From: Patescibacteria group bacterium
Lineage (GTDB): Bacteria; Patescibacteriota; Patescibacteriia; Patescibacteriales; UBA12465
Assembly (NCBI GenBank): GCA_028687275.1
Contig: JAQUAK010000003.1
Coordinates: 5,547 to 69,546, forward strand
DNA: 64,000 nucleotides
Direction of reading: 5' to 3'
Shown: one piece after another, positions 8,672 to 16,982 of the stretch
Numbering within the stretch: position 1 is the first letter of the stretch
How the letters are laid out: every line of letters starts with the position of its first letter
The notes under the pieces: model-generated
Told to the model about the DNA's origin: nothing
The model's input: the letters and a program-made list of their open reading frames with translations, nothing else
Databases searched by the model: none
Position numbers and translations under genes: made by a program

Positions 8672-9193
8672 TTATTTTTTAGCTTCAGCCAATTCCTGTT
8701 GTCTATCAGCCAACCAAGAATCCCAAGTAGCAAGATATTGAGGAAAACTCAACTTATTGGCAACAATATGGTTTAACCATGCCTCTCCTAGAGAAAAATT
8801 GTCTTTTAGAGCATTTCTAAAACCTTTAGTATCAGCAAAGCCAAATTTCTCCCTTAACTCAGCTTGAGCCTCTTCTTTGCTGCGATGCTCCATTTTCTCC
8901 AAAGAACCATCATTCTTTAATTGACTATAAAGCTCAATTTCTTTTTGACGATCCATGAGCCAAGAATCCCAAGTAGCCTCATATTGAGGAAAGCTATCCT
9001 TGTTTTCCAAAATATAGTCAAGCCATTCTGAGGCTAACTCAATTTTACCTTGCTGTAAGGCTAATTGAAAATCTGAGGTTTTTCTCAGACCAAATTTTTC
9101 AATTAATTCTTTTTGAGCCTCTTCTTTTGTCCTTTTTAGTTCCATGTTGTCCTCCGATTCTTTTTGATTTAAAAAACTACTGTCATTTATCAT
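8672..9193 (-). CDS. Hypothetical protein made of two ~82-aa tandem copies
   Basis: 173 aa. KEEAQKELIEKFGL...SFPQYEATWDSWLMDRQKEIE is repeated as KEEAQAELREKFGF...SFPQYLATWDSWLADRQQELA. Confidence 0.6.
   Translation of the reverse strand: MINDSSFLNQKESEDNMELKRTKEEAQKELIEKFGLRKTSDFQLALQQGKIELASEWLDYILENKDSFPQYEATWDSWLMDRQKEIELYSQLKNDGSLEKMEHRSKEEAQAELREKFGFADTKGFRNALKDNFSLGEAWLNHIVANKLSFPQYLATWDSWLADRQQELAEAKK
8675..9133 (-). repeat. In-frame tandem duplication (2 x ~246 nt)
   Basis: An identical 18-mer CCAAGAATCCCAAGTAGC occurs at 8714 and 8960, an offset of 246 nt (82 codons). The surrounding sequence is similar in both copies. Confidence 0.75.
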
Positions 9194-9261
9194 AATAATT
9201 TTTTTAATTATTTTTAAATAATAACGTAAATAGCTAACTTTTTCAAGGTGTCACTGTTTAA

Positions 9262-9293
9262 AGAAAAAGACCTGCGTTAAACAGGTCTTCTTT
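9262..9293 (-). terminator. Rho-independent terminator of the sigma / membrane-protein operon
   Basis: AGACCTG / CAGGTCT stem. On the minus strand it is followed by TTTTTCTTT. Confidence 0.7.
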
Positions 9294-9320
9294 AAAAATC
9301 CTAATAAACAACCGCCCCGC

Positions 9321-10967
9321 CTATCTAACCATTGGCATTATCTCCATGTCTCCCGGCTGTACCCTAATTTCCCTTTCTACTAGTAACTCCTTAACTAATG
9401 GCACAACTACTGAACGCTGGCCATAATAAGATAAACTGTTTTTACTTATAACGGGAAAGACTAAAGCTGGAACTAACAGCTCTTCATTAACATTATTTTT
9501 ATATTGCCAATACTGTACGTAGGCTCGACTGGGAGTGCCTAATTCAACTTCTTGAATATCATTATCATCTATACCTTCATAATACATGCCCGTTTGCATA
9601 CCCACCTCAGCTACTTTTACAATTCTAGCGAAATCTGTTTCCAAGGCATAATCGGAACTTTGATAACGATAAGGACTAAGGCCATTTAGGCCAGCAGCTG
9701 TTTTGTGCAATAAGCTAAGGTTAACTCTTAAGCCATATAAATTGCCTCCTTGATCTAAAACAGGAGCATCCTCAACTAATAGTGGATAAACAACACTAAT
9801 GTAATCAGGAATATAATAATTTGCCTTATCCGTAGACCTCTCATAATCATCTCTCCAGTTATTATCAACTTGAGCCTCACCATAATGGTCCAAGCTAATA
9901 CTATGATCTTTAATAAACTTATCACTCATAGCTATTAAATCAACACTGTTAGGTACATCACTAATTTTAGTTCTAAATCCATCCCAACAAGCGCTATCTA
10001 GTCCGCAGGCATCTCTTTCTGGGTTCTGCCATTTCTGCCAATTCTCATAAATATAAATATTGTCATTTAAGAAATCGAAGTTAACCGCCAAGCCCTTATC
10101 CTTGTCTTCAATTAAAGATAAATTAGTAACTTTAAGACTATTAAAAGTTTGAATATCTAAATCTTTGAAGTTAAGATTCTTAACTAAAGACAATAAAGAA
10201 GAGTTAGAGATTAGTCCGCCTGTTAAACGCTTATAAACGGCACCTGACGCCTCTTCTAAATTTAACTGCTCACCAGTGTATACATATTTTATTTGATACC
10301 AAGGGGCAATCATTTTACTGGCATTAATATGACCATCACCACCCAATCCATAAGCACCTGAAGACATGGCTCTGGCAATGCCTTGCTCTGAAGAAATAGT
10401 AGAGGCCCCTTCTATCGAGCCCGTTGAGCTAAATGTTGTATCCCCCATAATGGGCACAGCTAAGTCCATATCACGGGCAGCGACTGATGTTACTCCCATC
10501 GAACCAGAAACAGATGATAATGAACCAAAGGCATTAGAAGCTAAACGCACCACCTCTTCTTCATTTGTAATTGAGCTATCTAAGGCGAGATTTATTAATT
10601 CTTCCTTATGGTCATTTTTAGCAATATCAACTTTATTTATATCCGAATTTAATTGTTTAAAGTTTGGGAGTCTATATGCTAATACTGTCAGGAATAAAAC
10701 CAAAACTAAAGCTGAACCAATATACAAATACTTCTGTTGATTAATAAAATTAAAAGAAAATTTACGCTCAGGAATTCTAATATCTTCTTGCAAACGACTC
10801 ATCACCCGCTGTTTAATCTGAGCCGCTAAAGCAGGTGTAAAAGGAGTCTTGGAACCTAAGTCCGACATTTGTCCAATAATTTCTTTTAAAATACCTTCGT
10901 GTTCGCGTAAACTGATATCCAACTGATATAGCTCTTGCAAAATATTACTTAATTCACGCTCTTCCAT
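9321..10967 (-). CDS. Membrane-anchored protein with large extracytoplasmic domain, putative anti-sigma factor
   Basis: 548 aa with a short cytoplasmic N-terminus, one TM segment (YLYIGSALVLVLFLTVLAY) and about 440 aa outside. Its start overlaps the ECF sigma stop by 19 nt. The anti-sigma role is inferred from context only. Confidence 0.55.
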   Translation of the reverse strand: MEERELSNILQELYQLDISLREHEGILKEIIGQMSDLGSKTPFTPALAAQIKQRVMSRLQEDIRIPERKFSFNFINQQKYLYIGSALVLVLFLTVLAYRLPNFKQLNSDINKVDIAKNDHKEELINLALDSSITNEEEVVRLASNAFGSLSSVSGSMGVTSVAARDMDLAVPIMGDTTFSSTGSIEGASTISSEQGIARAMSSGAYGLGGDGHINASKMIAPWYQIKYVYTGEQLNLEEASGAVYKRLTGGLISNSSLLSLVKNLNFKDLDIQTFNSLKVTNLSLIEDKDKGLAVNFDFLNDNIYIYENWQKWQNPERDACGLDSACWDGFRTKISDVPNSVDLIAMSDKFIKDHSISLDHYGEAQVDNNWRDDYERSTDKANYYIPDYISVVYPLLVEDAPVLDQGGNLYGLRVNLSLLHKTAAGLNGLSPYRYQSSDYALETDFARIVKVAEVGMQTGMYYEGIDDNDIQEVELGTPSRAYVQYWQYKNNVNEELLVPALVFPVISKNSLSYYGQRSVVVPLVKELLVEREIRVQPGDMEIMPMVR

Positions 10968-11539
10968 ATATTTATTAAACCAGGCACAATCATAAAGATT
11001 GCTAAAGGCATATTATTTTTTATTTTTTTTAAAGCTCTTCCACAGCTCATCTTAATTGAGCCCTCGTTTTTGTCTAATTGCTTGGCAATCTCTTTAAAAG
11101 ATAAGTCCATCCAGAAACGCATAATTAGAATTTCACGTTCCTCTTTTTTAAGAGCTGAGAGAGCAACTCTAACTTTATCAAAATTTAAACCATTATCAAT
11201 TTGCTCTAGAAAATCATGCTTATCAGCTAAATCCCAGCAATCATCGATATTAAAATACTGCTGCTCACGTCTATAATGATCGGCAATCTTGTGGCGTGCA
11301 ATTGTATATAACCAAGCGGAGAAATTACCACTCTTAAATTGCCATAACTTTTGCCAAACCTTAATAAAAACTTCACTACAGATATCTTCAGCCACAACTC
11401 TATTTAAAGTCTTATAATAAATAAAGTTATAAATCTTTTTAATATAAAGATCATAAAGACCGCTAAAAGCCTCCTGGTTGCCAGCTCTAGAAGCTTCGAC
11501 CAGCTCTGTTTCAATTTGTTGTTCTGCACTTATGGCCAT
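10949..11539 (-). CDS. ECF-type RNA polymerase sigma factor (sigma-70 family, regions 2 and 4)
   Basis: 196 aa. Region 2-like FSAWLYTIARHKIADHYRR and region 4 HTH EREILIMRFWMDLSFKEIAKQLDKNEGSIKMSCGRALKKI. Confidence 0.88.
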   Translation of the reverse strand: MAISAEQQIETELVEASRAGNQEAFSGLYDLYIKKIYNFIYYKTLNRVVAEDICSEVFIKVWQKLWQFKSGNFSAWLYTIARHKIADHYRREQQYFNIDDCWDLADKHDFLEQIDNGLNFDKVRVALSALKKEEREILIMRFWMDLSFKEIAKQLDKNEGSIKMSCGRALKKIKNNMPLAIFMIVPGLINIWKSVN

Positions 11540-11731
11540 AATTGCATTTATTTGTTCTTCTAACTATTATATCAAACGCTGATAATAATAAAAAGTAACA
11601 AAAGTAAATTTTATTGATAATGTCTAATAATCTGACTAATATTCAGCTGACTCTTGTCAAAAAAAAATATTTTTGATACTATCTAAATAATTCCTTGGGC
11701 TGAAAAGCCTTTTTATTTGAGGAAGAAAAAA

Positions 11732-11804
11732 GCGCCTATAGCTCAGTTGGTAGAGCAGCTCCCTTTTAAGGAGACGGTCGTGGGTTCGAATCCCCCTGGG
11801 CGCA
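11732..11804 (+). tRNA. tRNA-Lys (anticodon TTT)
   Basis: Acceptor GCGCCTA/TGGGCGC, D arm GCTC-AGTTGGTA-GAGC, anticodon loop CTTTTAA, T loop TTCGAAT. There is one mismatch in the T stem. CCA is not encoded. Confidence 0.85.
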
Positions 11805-11811
11805 CCCCTAA

Positions 11812-11841
11812 AGAGACTTGATTTATTGCAAGTCTTTTTTT
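11812..11841 (+). terminator. Rho-independent terminator after tRNA-Lys
   Basis: AGACTTG / CAAGTCT stem followed by TTTTTTT. Confidence 0.7.
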
Positions 11842-11852
11842 ATTGGCCAAGA

Positions 11853-11881
11853 TTGACTTAAAGTAAAATTATTGATAATAT
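11853..11881 (+). promoter_or_regulatory. Putative promoter of the 11997..12659 gene
   Basis: TTGACT (11853-11858), 17-nt spacer, TAATAT (11876-11881). This leaves a 5' UTR of about 110 nt. Confidence 0.45.
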
Positions 11882-11996
11882 AGAATGTTCATCGTCCTTT
11901 AACAATCAAGGCAATTAAGGCTATTTCCCTGCTCTGGACAATAATAATTTCCAGGCTAGTGAAATAATTTGAATCGTCTAACATAAAAAGATAAAA

Positions 11997-12659
11997 ATGA
12001 AAAAGAAAGAGAAAACAAAAAAACTAGTTGAAGCAATTATTCAACTAAAGATTAAGGAGCATGATTTAATAAAAGCCATGGACACTGCCAGAATCCTGTG
12101 TGAACGCTCTCTTAATTATACCGAGTGGCGTCAAGCTTATCTAACAATGGGTTATAAAAAAATAGTTGATACCCTTAAAATAATCAACGACCCAGAGCAG
12201 TCTGTACTTTTTATCGCCTATTTAAAAAAAGGCGAGGATATCAAAGAACTAATTTCGGCGGCCGAGCATTTAAATAATGCAAAAACTCAAATTAACCCAG
12301 ACGATCTAAATGAGATTGTTCAGAGATTAATTAAAGATGAAGCGCCAAAAGCTGAAATCCAAATCTTGACCGCCGTTAAGTATCTAAATGGTGAATTTCC
12401 AGACTTATCAAAACGCTGGCTCCGAGCCGGATGTAAAATCGCCTTACGCAACAACAACGTTGCTGCTGCCATCCAAATCAATGAAATTCTCGACGAAAAA
12501 TTAACAGAAGAACAAATCGAAGGTATGCTGCTATACCATATCAAAAAAATGATGGCTAATGATGTAGAGGAGCAAAAAACTCACTTAAAAAATGAGATAA
12601 TAGAATTAATAGAACTTTTGCCCTCAGAAAAGCAAATTTATGAAAACTTAATCTTTTAA
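11997..12659 (+). CDS. Hypothetical all-helical protein
   Basis: 220-aa ORF with helical-repeat-like composition. No family recognised. Confidence 0.55.
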   Translation: MKKKEKTKKLVEAIIQLKIKEHDLIKAMDTARILCERSLNYTEWRQAYLTMGYKKIVDTLKIINDPEQSVLFIAYLKKGEDIKELISAAEHLNNAKTQINPDDLNEIVQRLIKDEAPKAEIQILTAVKYLNGEFPDLSKRWLRAGCKIALRNNNVAAAIQINEILDEKLTEEQIEGMLLYHIKKMMANDVEEQKTHLKNEIIELIELLPSEKQIYENLIF

Positions 12660-12667
12660 ACTTAGAA

Positions 12668-12715
12668 ACAAAAGCGGCCTTTTCCTATAAAACCATGGAA
12701 AGGCCGCTATTTTTA
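12668..12715. terminator. Bidirectional GC-rich terminator
   Basis: AGCGGCCTTTTCC / GGAAAGGCCGCT stem followed by TATTTTT. An A-rich stretch lies on the other side. Confidence 0.75.
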
Positions 12716-12730
12716 TACCTAGATATTTAA

Positions 12731-13612
12731 TTATTTAATTTTTTTCTTATTATTAATAATCCTGCTAACACCGCTCAGATTTTCAGTCCTAATAGTAAAC
12801 CATTCCCAAGCGTAGCGCAACTTCCCTTCGGCAGAGGCTGGACGATGAAAATCAGTGCCACCACTAACAATGGCGCCAGTCCTTTCTGCTAACGGAAGTA
12901 AACGCATGGTATCATTATAGGAGTGGTGTGGAGACAGTAGTTCAAAGCCATCAACCCCGGCCGCCATTAAATGCTCGACTAGATTACCATGCATCTTATT
13001 ATTTAAAGCCGGATGACAAATAATTAACTGTCCGCCAATTTGCTGACGCATTTGTAAAATTCTAGTCAATCCGATACGAGCATCATGCAAACGCAAACCC
13101 TCTTTAGGATAAAGACAATAACGAATAATATCATCTTCACGCACAGCATCCAAATTTAAAGCTTTTTTTATCTTACTTCTATTAGAAGGAATCTCCCAAA
13201 TGGCCTCAGCTAAATAATTAGTGGGCAAATAACCAGGGTGTTTCTTGATAAATTCTCCTAAGTTAAAGCGTAATCCCAAATGGCGCAAACGTAGTGTTAT
13301 CTTTTTAACAAAGCGACGCCTTCTGATATGAGTTGACTCTAACATTTTCAAGAATTCTGGTGCTTCTGGATTGTAATTATACCAAAGTAAATTAAAGGTT
13401 CTCTGCTTATAGCTAGTATAAATTTCAATACCCGGAACTGTTTTAATGCCATAGCGCGAGCAAGCCTTATTAAACTCCTTCTGTCCAGCTATAGAATTAT
13501 GGTCAGTTAAAGAGGCAACTTCAATGCCGTAACGATGTAATAATAAAGCTAACTTACTAGGTGAGTAGTAGCCATCAGAATAAGTTGAATGTACTTGTAA
13601 GTCTATTTTCAT
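12731..13612 (-). CDS. PHP-domain metal-dependent phosphoesterase (TrpH/YciV-like)
   Basis: MKIDLQVHSTYSDG ... SLTDHNSIAG ... GIEIY ... GGTDFH are PHP motifs. The ORF track starts at a GTG at 13627. The ATG at 13612 gives the canonical M-x-IDLH N-terminus. Confidence 0.8.
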   Translation of the reverse strand: MKIDLQVHSTYSDGYYSPSKLALLLHRYGIEVASLTDHNSIAGQKEFNKACSRYGIKTVPGIEIYTSYKQRTFNLLWYNYNPEAPEFLKMLESTHIRRRRFVKKITLRLRHLGLRFNLGEFIKKHPGYLPTNYLAEAIWEIPSNRSKIKKALNLDAVREDDIIRYCLYPKEGLRLHDARIGLTRILQMRQQIGGQLIICHPALNNKMHGNLVEHLMAAGVDGFELLSPHHSYNDTMRLLPLAERTGAIVSGGTDFHRPASAEGKLRYAWEWFTIRTENLSGVSRIINNKKKIK

Positions 13613-13688
13613 AATATCAATATACACCTTTTAGAACTTGCTCACAAATGTTGCCAAAATTTTAAAAATAATATATCATCATATTATC

Positions 13689-13765
13689 GCCGCCTTAGCT
13701 CAGCTGGTCAGAGCAGCTGTTTTGTAAACAGCAGGTCGTCGGTTCGAACCCGACAGGCGGCTCCA
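13689..13765 (+). tRNA. tRNA-Thr (anticodon TGT), CCA encoded
   Basis: Acceptor GCCGCCT/AGGCGGC, D arm GCTC-AGCTGGTCA-GAGC, anticodon arm GCTGT-TTTGTAA-ACAGC, T arm GTCGG-TTCGAAC-CCGAC, 3' TCCA. Confidence 0.92.
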
Positions 13766-13771
13766 TAGTAT

Positions 13772-13800
13772 AAAAATCGCTTAAATTAGCGATTTTTTTA
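13772..13800 (+). terminator. Rho-independent terminator after tRNA-Thr
   Basis: AATCGCT / AGCGATT stem followed by TTTTTT. Confidence 0.65.
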
Positions 13801-13945
13801 TTTTATAAAAATACTTAGCAGCTGAACACTAGGCCTAAATCATAGATTTAAAGTGATGAGCATAAAACGTGTATAAAAAGTTAATAAACTTAACTTGAAT
13901 AATGAAGAACAATAAGATAAGATTAGAGAACAATAATAATAAAAT

Positions 13946-15325
13946 ATGGCTACCGATAATAATTTAATCGCCAAAATACCACCACACAGTCTAGAGGCCG
14001 AGGAATCGCTCTTGGGCTGTCTTTTAATTGATAAGGACTCCATCATTAAAGTGGTAGACATGATTTTACCACAAGACTTCTATCGTCAAAGCAATCAGAA
14101 AATTTATGAGGCCATGCAAGAGCTATACAATAGCCAAGAGCCAATTGATATTATTACCTTAGCTAATAAGCTTGAAGATAAGAAGCAGTTAGTTGACATC
14201 GGGGGACGTACTAATTTAGCTAAACTCTCCAACACAGTGGCGACTGCTGGTAATATTAACCAATACGCTAGCATTATCCAGAAAAAGGCGACTTTAAGAC
14301 GATTGCAACAAGCAGCAGCGGAAATTACCAGTGCTAGCTTTGAAGAGGACCGTGATATCGATGAGATATTAGATGAAACTGAAAAAAGAGTTTTTGGCGT
14401 TTCCCGAAAATATTTAAAAAATGCCTTTCTCCCAATTGACGGTTTATTAGCCGATGCCTTTGAAAGAATTGATGAACTTCATAAACACGGAGGTAAACTA
14501 CGCGGACTAAGTACTGGTTTCTCCGATTTGGATGCTCTTTTAGCTGGTCTACAAAAATCAGACTTGATTATTTTAGCCGCCCGTCCTAGTGTCGGTAAAA
14601 CCTCTCTCGCTCTAGACATTGCTCGCCAAGCCGCTATTCGTAATAAAGCTGGAGTTGGTATCTTTTCTTTAGAAATGGGCAAAGAGCAGTTGGTTGACCG
14701 CATGCTTTGTGCTCAGGCCAATGTAAACTTATGGAAAATGCGTACAGGTCATTTATCAGATAAAGAGGACGATAATGATTTCACCAAGATTGGTAAAGCT
14801 ATGGGTGAATTAGCGGAAGCACCAATTTATATTGATGATTCCAGTACTTTATCAGTAATGGAAATTAGAGCTAAATGTCGTCGCTTACAGATGGAAAAAG
14901 GCTTGGGTTTAATTGTTATCGATTATCTGCAGTTAATGGAGGGGCGAGGACGCTTTACCGACAATCGAGTGCAAGAAATTGGCGAAATTAGCCGCGGTTT
15001 AAAAGGTATTGCTCGTGAATTAAATATTCCAGTCCTAGCCTTAGCACAGTTATCTCGCGCCGTTGAAGCTACGAGTCCAGCCATTCCTAAATTGTCCCAT
15101 TTACGTGACTCTGGCTCAATCGAACAAGACGCCGACGTTGTCATGTTTATTTATCGCAAAGCAGCAGATCGTAGTTACAACCCTAATGATCTACCGATGG
15201 ATGAGAGATATAAAGCTGAGGTCCATATCGCCAAACATCGTAACGGGCCAACTGGTAAAATTGACCTTTTCTTTGATGAGACTACCGCTAGTTTCCGTAA
15301 CATGAGCCAACACCCGAACGTTTAA
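13946..15325 (+). CDS. dnaB: Replicative DNA helicase DnaB
   Basis: 459 aa with N-terminal PPHSLEAEESLLGCLL, Walker A ARPSVGKTSLAL, IVIDYLQLM and SGSIEQDADVVMFIYR. The length leaves no room for an intein. Confidence 0.96.
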   Translation: MATDNNLIAKIPPHSLEAEESLLGCLLIDKDSIIKVVDMILPQDFYRQSNQKIYEAMQELYNSQEPIDIITLANKLEDKKQLVDIGGRTNLAKLSNTVATAGNINQYASIIQKKATLRRLQQAAAEITSASFEEDRDIDEILDETEKRVFGVSRKYLKNAFLPIDGLLADAFERIDELHKHGGKLRGLSTGFSDLDALLAGLQKSDLIILAARPSVGKTSLALDIARQAAIRNKAGVGIFSLEMGKEQLVDRMLCAQANVNLWKMRTGHLSDKEDDNDFTKIGKAMGELAEAPIYIDDSSTLSVMEIRAKCRRLQMEKGLGLIVIDYLQLMEGRGRFTDNRVQEIGEISRGLKGIARELNIPVLALAQLSRAVEATSPAIPKLSHLRDSGSIEQDADVVMFIYRKAADRSYNPNDLPMDERYKAEVHIAKHRNGPTGKIDLFFDETTASFRNMSQHPNV

Positions 15326-15354
15326 TAAAAATCAAAAAATTAATATAATATTTT

Positions 15355-15630
15355 ATGTTTAACAAACTCAAACAATTTAAAGATTTACGCAGTCAAGCCA
15401 AAACCATGCAAAGTGCCTTAGCTGAAGAAAGCGTCACCGAAGAAAGAAATGGCGTTAAATTAGTTTTAAACGGAAATTTAGAAATTATTGAATTAAAACT
15501 TAACCCTGAATTAAGTATTGAAAGTCAGGCTAGCGCTTTAAAGACTTGTTTTAACGACGCCGTTAAAAAAGCTCAACGTTTAATGGCTAAAAAGATGCAA
15601 GAAATGGGTGGCTTTCCTGGTTTAAGCTAA
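15355..15630 (+). CDS. ybaB: YbaB/EbfC family nucleoid-associated protein
   Basis: 91 aa in the position immediately upstream of recR. The pattern (KQAQKMQ-like N-terminus, central beta segment, C-terminal helix) fits YbaB. Confidence 0.75.
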   Translation: MFNKLKQFKDLRSQAKTMQSALAEESVTEERNGVKLVLNGNLEIIELKLNPELSIESQASALKTCFNDAVKKAQRLMAKKMQEMGGFPGLS

Positions 15631-15645
15631 ATTTTCTAATAAACA

Positions 15646-16236
15646 ATGAAATATCCTGCTTACATTCAAGAATTAATTGATCACTTTAGCAAATTTCCTA
15701 GTGTCGGACCAAAAACAGCCGAACGCTATGTTTTTTATTTATTAAAACAAAAGCCGCAACAAATTCAAGCACTGGCCTTAGCCTTAAATGAATTACCGGA
15801 TAAAATTAAATCCTGCTCTTATTGCCGAACTTATAGTTCCACCGACCCTTGTGAAATTTGCGCTGATAAAAATCGCGACCATGAGTTACTCTGTATCATC
15901 GAAAGGAGCCAAGATCAAAGTGTGATTGAAAAGAGTAAGCAATTTAATGGTACATACTTTATTCTCGGTGGCCTTTTAAATACCTTAGAGAACATCGGCC
16001 CCGAACAATTACCTTTTAAAGAATTAGGCCAATTAATTAAAAGCAAAGGGATTAAAGAATTAATTATTGGCCTTAATTTTAATCTAGAAGGAGAAAGCAC
16101 TGCTTTATACTTAAAGAAAATATTTCCCGATTTAAAAGTTACGCGCCTAGCTCGCGGACTGCCAGCTGGCTCAGATTTAGAGTACGCTGATGAGCTAACA
16201 CTAGCTAACGCCTTAAAATATAGAAACACTTTATAA
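15646..16236 (+). CDS. recR: Recombination protein RecR
   Basis: 196 aa with LIDHFSKFPSVGPKTAERY (HhH), the C4 zinc finger CSYC...CEIC and a Toprim-like C-terminal half. Confidence 0.93.
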   Translation: MKYPAYIQELIDHFSKFPSVGPKTAERYVFYLLKQKPQQIQALALALNELPDKIKSCSYCRTYSSTDPCEICADKNRDHELLCIIERSQDQSVIEKSKQFNGTYFILGGLLNTLENIGPEQLPFKELGQLIKSKGIKELIIGLNFNLEGESTALYLKKIFPDLKVTRLARGLPAGSDLEYADELTLANALKYRNTL

Positions 16237-16253
16237 ATGCCGGAGGAGTAAAA

Positions 16254-16481
16254 ATGGTACTTTTAACAATTACGGGCTTATTTTTTCTCGGAATTTTTAA
16301 TTTAAAATTCCGACAACTAGCCTTTACGCTTATTCTCCTATTATTGTTTCACGGACGCTTCAGGCGTTTATTATTTACAATAATTAAATTATTCATTCTT
16401 GGCTTACGTCACAAAAGCTATTATAAAAATGCTTTCCGTAATAGCAAGAGAATAATCAAGGTAATAGGAAAAAGAGAATAA
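16254..16481 (+). CDS. Small, very basic membrane protein (hypothetical)
   Basis: 75-aa ORF preceded by a strong Shine-Dalgarno GGAGGAG (16242-16248) 5 nt from the ATG. It has two hydrophobic segments and an Arg/Lys-rich tail. Confidence 0.45.
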   Translation: MVLLTITGLFFLGIFNLKFRQLAFTLILLLLFHGRFRRLLFTIIKLFILGLRHKSYYKNAFRNSKRIIKVIGKRE

Positions 16482-16512
16482 AAAAATCCGCTTCTTTAAT
16501 AAACGGATTTTT
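16482..16512. terminator. Bidirectional terminator
   Basis: AAAAATCCG / CGGATTTTT stem-loop between convergent genes. Confidence 0.6.
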
Positions 16513-16535
16513 TAAATATATTTTGATAATGAAAA

Positions 16536-16850
16536 TTAAGCAATGCTCAAAATTTTAACACTAGTCTTCAACTGACGATGACCAACTGTCTTCTTATAAC
16601 GAGTCTTACTCTTATACTTAACCACCAAAACTTTATCCTGCTTAGCTGTATCTACAACTTCAGCAATAACTTTTTCACCTAGAGATGGGGCGCCAACTTC
16701 AACATTACTAGCATCACTTTCAGCCACTAATAAAGTATCAAATTTTACCTTCTCCCCAGCCGCCAATTCCAGTTTTTCCACTTTAATGGTTTCGCCTTCC
16801 TTGACCTTATATTGTTTGCCACCGGTGGCAATCACTGCGATCTTCGCCAT
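16536..16850 (-). CDS. rplU: 50S ribosomal protein L21
   Basis: 104 aa. MAKIAVIATGGKQYKVKEGETIKVEKL and the KSKTRYKKTVGHRQ segment are typical of L21. Confidence 0.93.
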   Translation of the reverse strand: MAKIAVIATGGKQYKVKEGETIKVEKLELAAGEKVKFDTLLVAESDASNVEVGAPSLGEKVIAEVVDTAKQDKVLVVKYKSKTRYKKTVGHRQLKTSVKILSIA

Positions 16851-16908
16851 ACATTTAATATTAGCAAAATTATTAGAAAAAATCAGACTTGATCTGATTC
16901 ACCTTTTA

Positions 16909-16936
16909 ATAGTATCAAATATTTGAAAAATGTCAA
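16909..16936 (-). promoter_or_regulatory. Putative rplU promoter
   Basis: On the minus strand, TTGACA (16936-16931), 16-nt spacer, TACTAT (16914-16909). Confidence 0.45.
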
Positions 16937-16982
16937 TAAATAGGATAAGATGAAGTTATTATAAATAGCTAAAAGTCTCTAT

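Noticed and set aside
8675-9133. Tandem repeats here and at 24368..24725 as template/variable repeats of a diversity-generating retroelement.
   Set aside because: Both are in-frame duplications inside single genes. The differences are not adenine-specific and there is no reverse transcriptase nearby.
5250-9300. Calling the tRNA-Glu-adjacent stretch an integrated mobile element.
   Set aside because: No integrase or recombinase gene, and I could not find a direct repeat of the tRNA 3' end. It is reported only as an accessory-looking region, not as a mobile_element feature.
11882-11996. The ~110-nt 5' UTR of the 11997 gene as a possible riboswitch or ncRNA.
   Set aside because: Only a short CTGGA/TCCAG stem is visible. 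No motif matches any riboswitch class I know. It would need covariance-model scanning.
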